From a virus, in IMG/VR virus record IMGVR_UViG_3300031954_000001, positions 44,795-108,794 of that record: a stretch of DNA of 64,000 nt; one strand, given 5' to 3'. A model generated the notes under the pieces. The model was not told the DNA's origin. It saw only the letters and a program-made list of their open reading frames with translations, and ran no database searches. Of this stretch, positions 62,814-64,000 are shown in pieces. Every line of letters begins with the position of its first letter. Positions within the stretch are counted from its first letter, which is position 1. The position numbers and the translations under genes were made by a program.

Positions 62814-62891
62814 GGGAGCGTGGCACAGCGGCGACTGCAGCGGCCTCCAAAACCGCCACTTCACACGAGGGTTCGAGTCCTTCCGCTCCTG
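62814..62891 (+). tRNA. tRNA-Trp(CCA)
   Basis: Acceptor GGGAGCG/CGCTCCT, anticodon loop CTCCAAA, T loop TTCGAGT. Confidence 0.85.
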
Positions 62892-62894
62892 CGA

Positions 62895-63113
62895 CTGCCA
62901 GCCAAGGCGAGAGCCGCGGCAGGTACGTGTCATAGCATCTTGAGAACTCCATAGCGTGAGCACCACGCGGCGGGCGCCATCCCGCCGCATACCCGGCGGC
63001 AGATCTTGCCGCCGATGCCAGCCTGCCTCCGAGCGGAGTGCCAGGCTGAGGACGTGCTGAACCTGCCCGAGCCGGTTGTTGCCAGACGGCTCGGTCAGGA
63101 TCAGCGCGCACCA
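62895..63113 (+). ncRNA. structured non-tRNA element within the array
   Basis: At least 5 hairpins; ends in ACCA immediately before tRNA-Ala. Confidence 0.45.
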
Positions 63114-63114
63114 C

Positions 63115-63188
63115 GGGCTGCTAGCTCCAACTGGTAGAGCAACTGCCTTGCAAGCAGAAGGTTCAGGGTTCGACTCCCTGGCGGTCCA
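63115..63188 (+). tRNA. tRNA-Ala(TGC)
   Basis: Full cloverleaf with G3:U70. Confidence 0.9.
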
Positions 63189-63192
63189 CCCA

Positions 63193-63266
63193 CGGGATGT
63201 AGTGAAGTGGCATCACGCTTGGCCTGGGACCAAGTGACGCGCGTCCGATTCGTGCCATCCCGACCA
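63193..63266 (+). tRNA. tRNA-Pro(TGG)
   Basis: Acceptor CGGGATG/CATCCCG; loop CCTGGGA (C33); T loop TCCGATT; encoded CCA. Confidence 0.8.
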
Positions 63267-63267
63267 T

Positions 63268-63344
63268 GGCTCTCTAAAGCTGAGACGGATTAGCTCCGGA
63301 TTGAAGCCCCGGGCAGGCAGGTTCGATACCTGCGGGAGCCACCA
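63268..63344 (+). tRNA. tRNA-Phe(GAA)
   Basis: Anticodon loop TTGAAGC, T arm and encoded CCA. Confidence 0.8.
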
Positions 63345-63345
63345 T

Positions 63346-63420
63346 GCCTTGGTAACACAACGGCTAGTGTTCCAGACTTCCAATCTGGGAATGCCGGTTC
63401 GATTCCGGTCCAGGGCTCCA
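63346..63420 (+). tRNA. tRNA-Gly(TCC)
   Basis: Full cloverleaf, U73 and CCA. Confidence 0.9.
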
Positions 63421-63421
63421 C

Positions 63422-63498
63422 GCTCCGGTAGCTCAGCGGTATGAGCGGCGGGCTCTTAACCCGCGTCGACGGGAGTTCGATCCTCTCCCGGAGCACCA
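63422..63498 (+). tRNA. tRNA-Lys(CTT)
   Basis: Full cloverleaf and CCA. Confidence 0.9.
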
Positions 63499-63499
63499 T

Positions 63500-63577
63500 G
63501 GGCGGGTAAGGCCAACCGGCAGAGCTGGCTCCCTCAAAATGAGCTGAATGAGGGTTCGACTCCCTCCTCGCCCACCA
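63500..63577 (+). tRNA. tRNA-Leu(CAA) with short variable loop
   Basis: Anticodon loop CTCAAAA, A73 and CCA; only a 5-nt variable region. Confidence 0.75.
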
Positions 63578-63578
63578 A

Positions 63579-63655
63579 TGCCCTCTAGTTCAACTGGCAG
63601 AACACCTGCCTCTGAAGCAGCGAGGTTCCTGGTTCGATCCCAGGGAGGGCAGCCA
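63579..63655 (+). tRNA. tRNA-Gln(CTG)
   Basis: U1:A72, G73, anticodon loop CTCTGAA and CCA. Confidence 0.9.
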
Positions 63656-63656
63656 T

Positions 63657-63725
63657 GCCGTCGCGCGCTGGCCGCGGCCTCGCCCTCGTAAGGCGGGAGG
63701 TCCGGTTCGACACCGGAGGACGGCT
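63657..63725 (+). tRNA. tRNA-Thr(CGT), reduced D arm
   Basis: Acceptor GCCGTC/GACGGC, anticodon loop CTCGTAA and intact T arm. Confidence 0.7.
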
Positions 63726-63824
63726 CTATGGTGCGGTACCGGGCCTGCGCAGCCTACCCGGCTTCGCACGTGCGCGCAGCGCCCGCCGGGACCTGGCCGG
63801 GCCTCCGGCGGACCGCACCGATGT

Positions 63825-63870
63825 CCGGGTTTTGGCCTCCGTGACGTTGGTTCGACCCCAGCATCCCGAG
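63825..63870 (+). pseudogene. 3' half of a tRNA-Gln(TTG)-like sequence
   Basis: TTTTGGC loop, T arm GTTGG-TTCGACC-CCAGC, then ATCCCGA-G; no matching 5' strand visible. Confidence 0.4.
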
Positions 63871-63911
63871 CAAAGGCTGTCCCAGATACTCAGCGGCAGC
63901 CAGCAGCTCAC

Positions 63912-63985
63912 GCCCTCATAGCTCAGTAGGTAAGAGCGTGCCCTTGGTAAGGGTGAGGTCCCGCGTTCGATTCGCGGTGAGGGCT
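63912..63985 (+). tRNA. tRNA-Thr(GGT)
   Basis: Full cloverleaf. Confidence 0.9.
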
Positions 63986-64000
63986 CTGAGCCGGTCGGAC

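Noticed and set aside
62895-63113. tmRNA or group I intron
   Set aside because: There is no Ala acceptor/T arm or tag ORF, and the flanking tRNAs are complete without splicing.
63500-63577. UGA suppressor or Sec tRNA (anticodon TCA)
   Set aside because: The standard 7-nt loop register gives CAA, A73 and the D loop are Leu-like, and TGA is used as a normal stop throughout the window.
62632-63921. ORF-track proteins overlapping the tRNA array
   Set aside because: They overlap clear tRNA cloverleaves and lack coding features.

Overview
This is a 64 kb fragment of a very GC-rich, long-tailed actinobacteriophage (siphovirus-like). 1-4.4 kb (minus strand) is a DNA-metabolism module: SNF2-type helicase, putative SSB and a Cas4-like exonuclease. 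4.5-23 kb (plus strand) is a tightly coupled early/accessory region with an Lsr2-like protein, an XRE-type HTH regulator, a DUF932-like protein, a lipoprotein/membrane module and many small hypotheticals. 23.5-61.7 kb (minus strand) is the late region: methyltransferase, Ala/Pro/Thr-repeat fibre-like proteins, head-tail adaptor, tail terminator, a glycosyltransferase, tail tube, frameshifted tail chaperone, a tape measure with NlpC/P60 and transglycosylase domains, minor tail proteins, holin, amidase endolysin and a secreted LysM-Rpf protein. There are three HNH genes, one of them broken. A plus-strand tRNA array (10 tRNAs plus structured spacers) starts at 62.8 kb. The most striking observation lies just upstream of the array: an extended -10 promoter, a leaderless 31-codon ORF encoding all 20 amino acids (the first 14 residues are all different), and mutually exclusive antiterminator and terminator hairpins. 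I infer that this is an attenuator that switches on the phage tRNAs when any host tRNA becomes limiting. All calls come from reading motifs by eye; no database searches were run.
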